Shown here: piece after piece, positions 1 through 7,660 of the stretch | Layout: every line of letters starts with the position of its first letter | Numbering within the stretch: the stretch's first letter is position 1 | DNA from: Nitrospinota bacterium | GTDB lineage: Bacteria > UBA8248 | NCBI GenBank assembly: GCA_046581755.1 | Contig: JAYGFR010000314.1 | Coordinates: 1 to 15,567 of the forward strand | Direction: 5' to 3' | Length of the DNA: 15,567 bases | Made by a program: the position numbers and the translations under genes | Notes under the pieces: generated by a model | Told to the model about the DNA's origin: nothing | Database searches by the model: none | The model's input: the letters and a program-made list of their open reading frames with translations, nothing else

Positions 1-354
1 CTGCATAATGTGGGCTTCAACAGGTTTTCCCTTGAAATCTAGGACTAGCCGATTGATGCACCCGGTCCTGGCTTCCATGTCACGCCGTCCCATCCGTTTA
101 CAATGAACGAGATATTTCTTGCCAATGATTTTGATAAGTCGCTCGTCACGCCTGACCTCTTCCTGGCGCTTGAGGATAAATTCTTCTCTGGACATAGAGA
201 GAAAATCCCGGTAAATCCTGGTTCGGATCGCCTGAGCGATAGTCTTTTTCTTGGTGGAAATCCAGTGGGTCCGCTTATTGACCTTGTAGCGAATATAAAT
301 AATTCCATTACGCCAGAAAAGATTTTTATGTCCTAAGACTTTCCGGATAGTCAT
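1..354 (-). CDS. Probable site-specific (tyrosine) integrase, N-terminal 118 aa; runs off the left edge
   Basis: Translated by hand from ATG at 354-352, open to base 1: MTIRKVLGHKNLFWRNGIIYIRYKVNKRTHWISTKKKTIAQAIRTR...KPVEAHIMQ. The start overlaps the stop of the Xis-like gene (ATGA), with GAGG upstream. The basic beta-rich N-terminus resembles integrase arm-binding domains. Catalytic residues are not in the window. Confidence 0.62.
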   Translation of the reverse strand, partial: MTIRKVLGHKNLFWRNGIIYIRYKVNKRTHWISTKKKTIAQAIRTRIYRDFLSMSREEFILKRQEEVRRDERLIKIIGKKYLVHCKRMGRRDMEARTGCINRLVLDFKGKPVEAHIMQ

Positions 355-554
355 CGGTTTACCCTCGTTAAATGGATGAGGTTGATCTTCATATATTTTC
401 GGACTGAGGCTGGGTCGTACCTTACGACTCTTCCAATTTTATAAAAATCCGGACCCTCGCCTTTGACACGCCATTTTTTAAGAGTATCCACTGAAACCGT
501 AAAGAGATCGGCAACCTCGGTCGGTGTCAATGGCCTTTCGATAGTCCGGCGCAT
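351..554 (-). CDS. Excisionase/AlpA-like helix-turn-helix DNA-binding protein (67 aa)
   Basis: LTPTEVADLFTVSVDTLKKWRVKGEGPDFYKIGRVVRY is the typical HTH_17/AlpA-Xis pattern. The ATG at 554 has AGGGA upstream and is preferred over the longer TTG start that overlaps the previous gene. Confidence 0.88.
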   Translation of the reverse strand: MRRTIERPLTPTEVADLFTVSVDTLKKWRVKGEGPDFYKIGRVVRYDPASVRKYMKINLIHLTRVNR

Positions 555-579
555 TCCCTGTCCCTTGAGGCGGCGAGGA

Positions 580-1497
580 TCAATTTTGGGCTCTCTTTTT
601 CCATGAGCGTTTTGCCCTGCACGCGTCGCTGCAAGTTTTTCTGTTGGTGCGTAATCCCCCCTGCCTTTGCCCAATCTGGAATGGCTTCCCGCAAATTGTG
701 CAATATCTTATCATGAGGGCGGCTGCGGCCTCCTCGACCATGCAGGCCTCGATAAAATTGCTCAGGGTGTTTGGTACAAAGCGAACTTCGTGAATTTCTC
801 GCCCACCAATCTCTGTGCGGGATATTCTCAGAGTCATGTTCATGTTCACGCGATTGTATCGGGCTCGAGCCTGGTGAAACTCAAAATTCCGTCGAAGAAT
901 CTGGGTGGGATGTTTCCCCTTCTTTGTCCAGTCGAGAAGGGTTTCTCCTTCCAATCCGAATGCTCCTTCCACGGCTCCTATGGCGTTTTCCCGTGAGCCG
1001 TACCCTTCAAGGCCGCACAGGTACTCCAAGTGCAACAGGGCGCGCAGGCGAAACGACCATTCCATCCTTCGATCTTCTGGTTGTTTTGTTTTTGCGGGAG
1101 TCAGCACCGGGCCAACCACGCCCCACTCCAATTCAGTCAGTTCCTTTCCAAGTTGCGCAAACAGGCTTAGGCCATTTCCAAATGCGTCAAAAAGGTTTGC
1201 CAGAAAGGCCCGAGCGATGGCGGGGTCCTGTATGCGGGAGTCTTTGGCGGCCTCTTTTACCTGCTCCAAATTATCGGGAAGGATGTCCTGCGACCACAGG
1301 TAAGTAAGTCCCAATCGATATTGCAATGCCCACCCGCACGTTTCCCGGAGAAGGTGGCCAAAGGCATCCAGGGCTAAATGGGCGTGAAACTCGCGTTCAG
1401 ATTCACTGTCTGTTTCCATGAAAACTTCGCGGCATCTATTGATTTCCTTCAGATGAAACTCGCCGTTGTTGAGACGCTCATTGCTTGAATCAGACAT
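580..1497 (-). CDS. Hypothetical protein (305 aa) with C-terminal four-Cys zinc finger (CGNR-like) and possible internal HTH
   Basis: ATG at 1497 is preceded by AGGAG. The C-terminus is CTICGKPF...RKTCSDACRAKRSWKKR. The internal segment SRENAIGAVEGAFGLEGETLLDWTKK looks HTH-like. It is co-oriented with the xis/int pair. Confidence 0.7.
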   Translation of the reverse strand: MSDSSNERLNNGEFHLKEINRCREVFMETDSESEREFHAHLALDAFGHLLRETCGWALQYRLGLTYLWSQDILPDNLEQVKEAAKDSRIQDPAIARAFLANLFDAFGNGLSLFAQLGKELTELEWGVVGPVLTPAKTKQPEDRRMEWSFRLRALLHLEYLCGLEGYGSRENAIGAVEGAFGLEGETLLDWTKKGKHPTQILRRNFEFHQARARYNRVNMNMTLRISRTEIGGREIHEVRFVPNTLSNFIEACMVEEAAAALMIRYCTICGKPFQIGQRQGGLRTNRKTCSDACRAKRSWKKRAQN

Positions 1498-1687
1498 AGG
1501 CTTTGCTCCTGTCAATGTCCCAGCTTCACCGCGAAAAAAGCGGTATACGCCATAGGCAATTCTGTGACGGTGTCGGGATGGACTCCGTAAATTATTTTGT
1601 GCTTAGTTTGGGCGATGGAGAATATATTTGACTAACTTTTCCTCGATATTGATACCACTACCCGGGGCAGGTCAGTAACCGGCACAA

Positions 1688-1717
1688 AGGTCACGGGTTC
1701 GAATCTTGTTGGGAGGT
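1688..1717 (+). other. Degenerate tRNA 3' fragment (variable loop, T-arm, acceptor 3' strand); candidate att site
   Basis: AGGTC (variable loop), ACGGG-TTCGAAT-CTTGT (T-arm with two G-T pairs), then TGGGAGG. There is no D-arm, anticodon arm, matching 5' acceptor strand or CCA. Confidence 0.55.
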
Positions 1718-1943
1718 AGGACCTGAGAATTCAGTTGGCAGTTGTGCTTCCGCAAGGGATTCTTGACCTTTGAATAAGTTGTGAGCAGGCCGGGGGAGGC
1801 CACGTAGACCTACGGATTAAAAGTCCAGAGGACGGAAAATCACTCTCTCCTCAAAACCCTTCTAAACAAAGCAAAAACCGAGACCTTCCTGAGGACACTT
1901 CAGAACCGTTATTTGGCCTGAGTGAGGCTGAGTAGGGTGGAGT

Positions 1944-2065
1944 TGACCTCCCCCCAATAGTAGTACCACTAGCTACGAGAGTTCTGGAACCATGGACGAA
2001 GGGCGAAGCGGAGCGAAGCCCGGAGGCCATGGTTCTTTCGTTTCGGGTGCTGGTGGCCGGTAGCC
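1944..2065 (-). mobile_element. IS3-family remnant: transposase OrfB C-terminal tail and right inverted repeat
   Basis: The minus strand 2065-1973 reads GYRPPAPETKEPWPPGFAPLRPSSMVPELS*, matching the (RPHSSL)GYRPPAPE ending of IS3-family OrfB proteins. It is followed by ...GTGGTACTACTATTGGGGGGAGGTCA, ending in CA like IS3 ends. Similarity is lost upstream of about 2066. Confidence 0.7.
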
Positions 2066-2459
2066 CTTGACCGCTGGAGATGCGCCGCTCCCCGCAACAG
2101 ACGTAAGCACACACTCCCGCGACGCCTCGCTTCATTCCGATCTCCCAGCGGGCCGATCTCCTTTGGAGAGGCCTTGCTGATCATATCGAAAGAGATAAGT
2201 CGATTGGTGGATCTGAAAACGCGTCTGAGGGGGCGGTATGAGGTCGGTGCGGGTGTGTGGTGCGGGGGGAGGATTATCTGCCTCTCGTGCTTCGGTCCCC
2301 ACACTGCATGATTAGGAATTCGCCATGGACAGGTTGAAATCGGGCCTCAGCACCTCTTTTTGACTGCCACCACATCCGAGCATCTGATATCCTCTCGCCC
2401 GGGCGGTTTTGGCCAATCATATCATGTGGTTGCATGGATTCCGGCTTCTTTTTGCACTG

Positions 2460-2693
2460 TTTCGCTGCATAATGTGGGATAAAATTTATCAGAATTCTAA
2501 CGACTGTCCCTTCCATTTTTGTTAGAATAGCTTTGGGTCGCTTGAATTTTATTGTCAAATGTTACTTAATTCTATAGATCACAGTTACAAAACCTCAAAA
2601 TTGCCCGAATTTATTGCTACATCGAATTGTATGATAGGCTGGCGTTTGCAGATTGATGGGGAATGCTGTCCGATTGAATAGAAAGGAAATGTT
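2460..2693 (+). promoter_or_regulatory. AT-rich probable promoter region of the redox operon
   Basis: AT-rich non-coding tract directly upstream of the first gene. There is a TATGAT -10-like hexamer at 2630-2635 without a good -35, and an AGGA ribosome-binding site at 2684-2687. Confidence 0.4.
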
Positions 2694-4637
2694 ATGGGGC
2701 CAATTGGAATGAACGGTGGAATCATCAAATGGTTATTTATATTTCTCGGGGTGATTCCAATTGGATTCGCAGTGCCGACGGCTGTTTTTTCGGGAAATAC
2801 GGGTATCGAGGGAACTACCCATTCCCAGGCCGTGCGGATTCAGGCATTCCAGAGACTCGCCCAGTTGTTGGACAAAAAAAAGAAGAAGTCGGACGATGAC
2901 CTCCTCTCCGGGGAGCCTGCGAAGGATGCCGGAAAAAGTAAAAAGGGTGCTCAGAAGAAGGATACTGTAGAAGGCACTGCCAAAACGGCCCATGAGGCGC
3001 TATTTGCCGAGAGCCGGTATCCCTCTGCCTCGACGTGCGGCTCATGCCATCCGAAACACTACCGGGAATGGTCGGTTTCGCAGCATTCATACTCCCAGTT
3101 GAGTCCCGCCTACATGGCGATCAATAATTTTCTCAACGCCGCGACCAGCGGAAGCATGGGAGATTTCTGCTTTCGGTGTCACAGCCAGGTGGGCGCGAAC
3201 CTGGGCGAACCTCCCTCGATTTCCAACCTCAAGCGCCACCCCACCTCGCGGGAAGGCATCACCTGCGTGGTCTGCCACCGGATCAACCTGCCCTATAACA
3301 AAACGAGCGGGCGCCTTGCGTTGGTCGAGGGGGACCTTCTTCAGCCCATATACGGCCCGATGGGCAACAAGGAGTTGAGCCGGGTGCTGAAAAATCCCGA
3401 CAAGTTCCGGGTGGTGACCGATCCGAACAAACCGGGCCGGAAAATCCATAAAGAGGTAAAGCTGTTTCCCCCGATTTCAACCCCTACATTTTGCGGAGGC
3501 TGCCACGATGTGACTTTGTTCAACGGCTTCCGCTTGGAGGAGGCGTTCAGCGAGTACCGCACCTCTCCGGCTGCGGCTCGGGGGGTGACCTGCCAGGATT
3601 GCCATATGGGCAAGGTCCAGGGAATTCCCTCGGGTTATGAGCGTGGGCCTGCCGCGGTTGTTGGCGGCGTTCCTACCGCGCCGCGAAAAATCACCAACCA
3701 TTTCTTTGCCGGGCCCGATTACTCGGCGATTCATCCCGGAATTTTCCCGCATAACATTCAAGCCCAGCAGATGGCCACCCTGGAGGAATGGCTCCAGTTC
3801 GACCACAAGGCTGGCTGGGGGACTGATAAATTCGAGGACAAAGTTGCTGAAAATCACAAGTTCCCCAAACGCTGGGAGTCGGTTGACGACCGCTTCGATG
3901 CGCGTGAAATCCTCAACGATCAGTTCAAGAAGCTGGAATGGGCCAGAGAGAAGCGGCTCGAAGTGTACCGTAATGGGTACGGCATGCCCAAAATCGAAAC
4001 CCTCCAGGCGAATACGGACGGGATTCGATTCAGGGTGAAGGTGGTGAACAAAACCGACGGGCACAATACGCCGACGGGCTTTAGCGGAGAGCGCCTGGTC
4101 TGGCTCCGCGTGACGGTCACCGACCGCGACGGGAAGGTAATATTCAAGTCGGGGCACTTAGACCCCAACGGCGACCTTCAAGACGCGGAATCCGCCTATG
4201 TACACAACGGCGAACTGCCGTTGGATTCCCAGCTATTTAACCTTCAATCGAAGTTTGTTCATGTAAACGTGCGCGGCGGTGAGCGGTTTGCGGTGATCCC
4301 GATTCCTTATCCGGTCACTTCGTTGCCGATTGTCCGGCCGACGATACAATCCCTGATTCTCACGGGAGAACCCGAGACCGAACGGAACCACCGCAACGGA
4401 ATCGAGGCCCTCGGGCACCGCTGGGCGACCTACAAAATCAAGGGCAGCACCTTAACCGGGAAGGACCCCTACAAGGCGAATATTCAACTGAAAGCTTCGC
4501 CCGTTCCGGTAAATCTGATTGCGGCGGTTCAAAGCGTGGGTTTCGACTATAATCTGAGTGCCCGGGCAATCGCGGACGCGATTGTCGCCGGGCATGAAAT
4601 TCTTTACGAAAAAAATATTACCTTTAAAATAAAATAA
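2694..4637 (+). CDS. Exported pentaheme cytochrome c (c554-type heme domain plus C-terminal beta-rich domain), 647 aa
   Basis: Five CxxCH motifs (CGSCH, CFRCH, CVVCH, CGGCH, CQDCH), a hydrophobic N-terminal signal/anchor and a Lys-rich linker. CxxCHxxxYxEWxxSxH is the c554-family opening. The C-terminal region has GHNTPTGFSGERLVWLRVTVTD. Confidence 0.92.
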   Translation: MGPIGMNGGIIKWLFIFLGVIPIGFAVPTAVFSGNTGIEGTTHSQAVRIQAFQRLAQLLDKKKKKSDDDLLSGEPAKDAGKSKKGAQKKDTVEGTAKTAHEALFAESRYPSASTCGSCHPKHYREWSVSQHSYSQLSPAYMAINNFLNAATSGSMGDFCFRCHSQVGANLGEPPSISNLKRHPTSREGITCVVCHRINLPYNKTSGRLALVEGDLLQPIYGPMGNKELSRVLKNPDKFRVVTDPNKPGRKIHKEVKLFPPISTPTFCGGCHDVTLFNGFRLEEAFSEYRTSPAAARGVTCQDCHMGKVQGIPSGYERGPAAVVGGVPTAPRKITNHFFAGPDYSAIHPGIFPHNIQAQQMATLEEWLQFDHKAGWGTDKFEDKVAENHKFPKRWESVDDRFDAREILNDQFKKLEWAREKRLEVYRNGYGMPKIETLQANTDGIRFRVKVVNKTDGHNTPTGFSGERLVWLRVTVTDRDGKVIFKSGHLDPNGDLQDAESAYVHNGELPLDSQLFNLQSKFVHVNVRGGERFAVIPIPYPVTSLPIVRPTIQSLILTGEPETERNHRNGIEALGHRWATYKIKGSTLTGKDPYKANIQLKASPVPVNLIAAVQSVGFDYNLSARAIADAIVAGHEILYEKNITFKIK

Positions 4638-4738
4638 CCTCGCGCTGGATGGTTGAATCGTTTCTCGTTCGCCGTGAAGCGGAATTATGAATTCGTGATA
4701 AATTTTCATAAGATACGTTTGCGGAGGGAAGTATTGAT

Positions 4739-6169
4739 ATGTCAAATATGAAATGGCGGTGGGGTGGGAAATGTGCCCGGAAGGCAGGTGCCGCCTCGGC
4801 TATGGTAATCGTATTTTTCTTTGCATTGTCCGCAAGCGCAGCTTCAAAAAAATATCTAGGAGATCCGACGGGAAACAGCAGGCTTTCCGACAAGCCGACA
4901 AAATTCCTGGATGTGTTTAACAAGGGAATTCCCGAGCGCCCGCCCCTGATTTTTGAATTCGGCGATCCTTTCCTTCACCAGGGCAACCTCAATCCCGGCG
5001 TTGAACTCCCGTCGGGCTGGGTCGTCCAGCCCAGGCTCTGGATATTCGGAACCCTCCGCTCGGCGACTCAATCGTTCGACAATGGTGTTAGGCCCGGCAC
5101 CACGGAGTGGGCCAACCGGTTCGATCTCTATGCCAACCTCCAGCTGTCGGGGACAGAAAAGGCCATCATCGGTTTTCGTCCCGTGGATAGGAACCGCTTC
5201 CCGAATTTCACCCGCTACGGATTCAGCCCGGAGAATAAATTCACCGATGAAACCAATCTGGATATCCGGACCCTATTTTTCGAGGGTGACTTCGGAAGCA
5301 TCTTCCCGAAGCTCGACCCCAAGGGAATGAAGCCGATCGACTACGGTTTTTCGGTTGGCCGCCAGCAGCTCAATTTCCAAAGCGGACTCATGATTAACGA
5401 CATCGTGGACTCGGTGGGAATTGTCCGGAATAACCTCCATCTGCCGGGGGTTTCGAACCTGCGGGTCGCAGGCATTTATGGATGGGGCGAACTCGACACG
5501 AACAGGCCCGATCCGGATGCCCAGCTGTTCGGCCTCTTCATAGCGGCGGACATGCCCAAAGTTCGGTGGGATTTTGACGGCGCCTACGTCAAGGACGATG
5601 GCCAGGGCAACGACGGCTCTTATCACTATGGTGTCTCGGCGGAGACCCACGTTGGCCTGATTGGCGTAACGTTTCGCGTCAACGGCTCGAAAGCCCAGGA
5701 CGTGGAAACGTCCGGTGTCGGATCCGGCGTCCTCCTTTCGGTGGAGATTAACTTTACTCCCTACGGTTCGGACGACAACGTATATATCAACCCTTTCTGG
5801 GCGATCGATAATTTTACCCAGATCAGCCGGGAGCCCGTGGTCGGCGCGCCGCTGGCGACGTTAGGAATTCTTTTTGCCTCGGCGAGCCTGGGCAACTATC
5901 TTTCCGAACTCAGCGGCGCCGCCAATGAGGTTGCCGGCGCCGCTATCGGCTATCAGGCTTTTTGGGATGCCCACAGCAAGAACCTGACGCTCGAGATGGC
6001 GGGCCGATACGATACCAGCAACGATTCCAACAGTGACATCGGGATCGGATTCCAATACCAGCAGCGGTTTGGCCGCCGGATTCAATGGCAGGTGGACGGT
6101 TTCTACGCCAGTCAAGAAAATCGGGATAATGGATTTGGCCTGCGCACGGAGATTCTCTACCAGTTCTGA
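4739..6169 (+). CDS. Outer-membrane beta-barrel (porin-like) protein, 476 aa
   Basis: Sec signal peptide ending ALSASA, alternating hydrophobic strands, Gly/Asp/Asn-rich loops, and the C-terminal beta-signal GFGLRTEILYQF ending in Phe. GGAGG lies upstream. Confidence 0.85.
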   Translation: MSNMKWRWGGKCARKAGAASAMVIVFFFALSASAASKKYLGDPTGNSRLSDKPTKFLDVFNKGIPERPPLIFEFGDPFLHQGNLNPGVELPSGWVVQPRLWIFGTLRSATQSFDNGVRPGTTEWANRFDLYANLQLSGTEKAIIGFRPVDRNRFPNFTRYGFSPENKFTDETNLDIRTLFFEGDFGSIFPKLDPKGMKPIDYGFSVGRQQLNFQSGLMINDIVDSVGIVRNNLHLPGVSNLRVAGIYGWGELDTNRPDPDAQLFGLFIAADMPKVRWDFDGAYVKDDGQGNDGSYHYGVSAETHVGLIGVTFRVNGSKAQDVETSGVGSGVLLSVEINFTPYGSDDNVYINPFWAIDNFTQISREPVVGAPLATLGILFASASLGNYLSELSGAANEVAGAAIGYQAFWDAHSKNLTLEMAGRYDTSNDSNSDIGIGFQYQQRFGRRIQWQVDGFYASQENRDNGFGLRTEILYQF

Positions 6170-6268
6170 TCGGTCGGCGGCGGAGTTTGGCACGTCCCCC
6201 CTGAGATTTATGAGTCGGTTGTCCGAAAGGGCGGGATTTTTACCAAAAGGCGGCTCTAAAAGGGAGGC

Positions 6269-7558
6269 ATGGAACGCATGACACCCGCAGTGTTCCAGGC
6301 CGCCGGGGCGGTGATCGTCGCGGCGGTCATGGTGCAGGTCTTGGTCCTGCTGGTAACGTCCTTTCGGCGCTATTCGCGTGAAAGAGAGCAGCATAATCTT
6401 GCCCTCGAACTTCTGAAGACCCAGGTCAATATCGCCAAAGGGGTCATCAAGGAAGTCCTGTCCTTGGAGTTTTCCTGGCCCGGACTCAGAAAATTCACGA
6501 TCAAGCGAAAGGTGGCCGAGGGTGGTGGCGTTTGCTCGTTCTATCTCGCTCCCCATGACGGCAAACCCCTGCCTGCCTTTAAGCCGGGACAGTATTTGAC
6601 CTTCAACATGCACTTCCGGGGAGAGGCCCGGGATGCCGCAAAAGAGGTTATTCGGTGCTATTCGCTGTCCGATAGCCCGGGACATACGGATTACTACCGC
6701 GTTTCCATCAAAAAGATTCCCCCTCCGAGGGATAATCCGGATCTCCCGCCGGGTGTGGCATCGAGTTATTTCCATCAATTACAGGAAGGCGACATTCTCG
6801 ATGTAAAAGCGCCAAGTGGAAAATTTTTTCTGGATACGGCCCAGCAGAACCCGGTTGTTCTTATCGGCGGCGGAATCGGCGTCACGCCGGTTTTGAGCAT
6901 GCTGAACACGATTGCCGAATCGGGATTGCAGCGCGAGGTTTGGTTTTTTCTCGGAGTGCGGAACCAGGGTGACCATATATTCAAGGAACATCTCCAGAAT
7001 CTGGTCCTGGAGCATGAAAATATCCGCCTGAACGTGTGCTACAGCGATCCCTCCGACAACGATGTGGAGGGAAAGGATTATCAGCATAAAGGGAGGGTCA
7101 GCGTCGATTTGTTCAAGCGGGTCCTGCCCTCGAACAACTACGATTTTTATATCTGCGGCCCCCCGCCCATGATGAAGTCTCTCACCGAGGGACTCAAGAA
7201 ATGGGGTGTGCCCGATGACCATGTCTACTTCGAGGCTTTTGGCCCCGCCAGCGTGAAGAAGGCGCCTGCCGAAACCAAGAAGGAGGGGGCGGATGCGGGA
7301 CCCAAGCACAAGATTGTTTTCGCAAAGAGCAACAAAACTTTGCCCTGGAACACCTCGGACGGCTCGATTCTGGATTTCGCGCTGGCCAACGGAGTGAATA
7401 TCGATTCGGGTTGCCGGGCGGGAAATTGCGGAACATGCGTGACGGCCATTAAATCGGGGCAGGTGACTTACATTCATGAGCCCGGGACCGCTCCCGAGAC
7501 AGGCACCTGCCTGACTTGTATTTCGGGTCCTAGCGGAGATCTGACACTGGATGCATGA
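6269..7558 (+). CDS. FNR-family FAD/NAD(P)-binding oxidoreductase with C-terminal [2Fe-2S] ferredoxin (PaaE/Hcr-like architecture) and N-terminal membrane helix
   Basis: FKPGQY, RCYSLS (FAD), GGIGVTP and YICGPPPMM (NAD(P)), FEAFG, and GCRAGNCGTC...CLTC ([2Fe-2S]). Residues about 8-32 are hydrophobic. GGGAGG is the ribosome-binding site. Confidence 0.95.
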   Translation: MERMTPAVFQAAGAVIVAAVMVQVLVLLVTSFRRYSREREQHNLALELLKTQVNIAKGVIKEVLSLEFSWPGLRKFTIKRKVAEGGGVCSFYLAPHDGKPLPAFKPGQYLTFNMHFRGEARDAAKEVIRCYSLSDSPGHTDYYRVSIKKIPPPRDNPDLPPGVASSYFHQLQEGDILDVKAPSGKFFLDTAQQNPVVLIGGGIGVTPVLSMLNTIAESGLQREVWFFLGVRNQGDHIFKEHLQNLVLEHENIRLNVCYSDPSDNDVEGKDYQHKGRVSVDLFKRVLPSNNYDFYICGPPPMMKSLTEGLKKWGVPDDHVYFEAFGPASVKKAPAETKKEGADAGPKHKIVFAKSNKTLPWNTSDGSILDFALANGVNIDSGCRAGNCGTCVTAIKSGQVTYIHEPGTAPETGTCLTCISGPSGDLTLDA

Positions 7559-7660
7559 GGAATGAATCGCCGATGTTTCCAAACCGAAGAAATTGGCATG
7601 TACACGACGATGCCAGACCATTCATGAACCGTTTATTTTCAAGCCTAGAAGGATAGTCAA

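Larger units (their letters stand above)
1..1717 (-). mobile_element. Right part of a putative small integrative element (int-xis-hypothetical)
   Basis: Coupled xis/int-like genes, visibly lower GC than the downstream operon, and a tRNA-like 3' fragment at the right boundary. Confidence 0.55.

Noticed and set aside
1640..1720. Complete tRNA gene
   Set aside because: Only the variable loop and T-arm are recognisable. There is no D-arm, anticodon stem, paired acceptor stem or CCA.
1..2478. Exact 14-bp direct repeat CTGCATAATGTGGG at 1-14 and 2465-2478 as att or target duplication
   Set aside because: One copy lies inside the putative integrase coding frame, and a single 14-mer repeat in 15.5 kb is plausible by chance. 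Worth revisiting only if the match extends left of the window.
1851..2558. Short minus-strand ORFs 1851..2135, 1969..2304 and 2274..2558
   Set aside because: No recognisable motifs or ribosome-binding sites. They overlap an IS scar and the promoter region.
2560..2590. CRP/FNR or NtcA site around GATCACA/GTTACA
   Set aside because: Only a half-site is present, with no correctly spaced TGTGA, TTGAT or GTA partner.
2636..2651. Sigma-54 promoter (GG...TTGCA) upstream of the operon
   Set aside because: GG to GC spacing is 9 nt, not the required 10.
2694..4637. NrfA, HAO or octaheme nitrite/tetrathionate reductase
   Set aside because: No CxxCK motif and only five hemes.
6205..6262. c-di-GMP-I riboswitch
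   Set aside because: The GAAA-capped stem followed by GGGA is similar, but the GGCAAA and ACGCAAA conserved segments and the second stem are absent.
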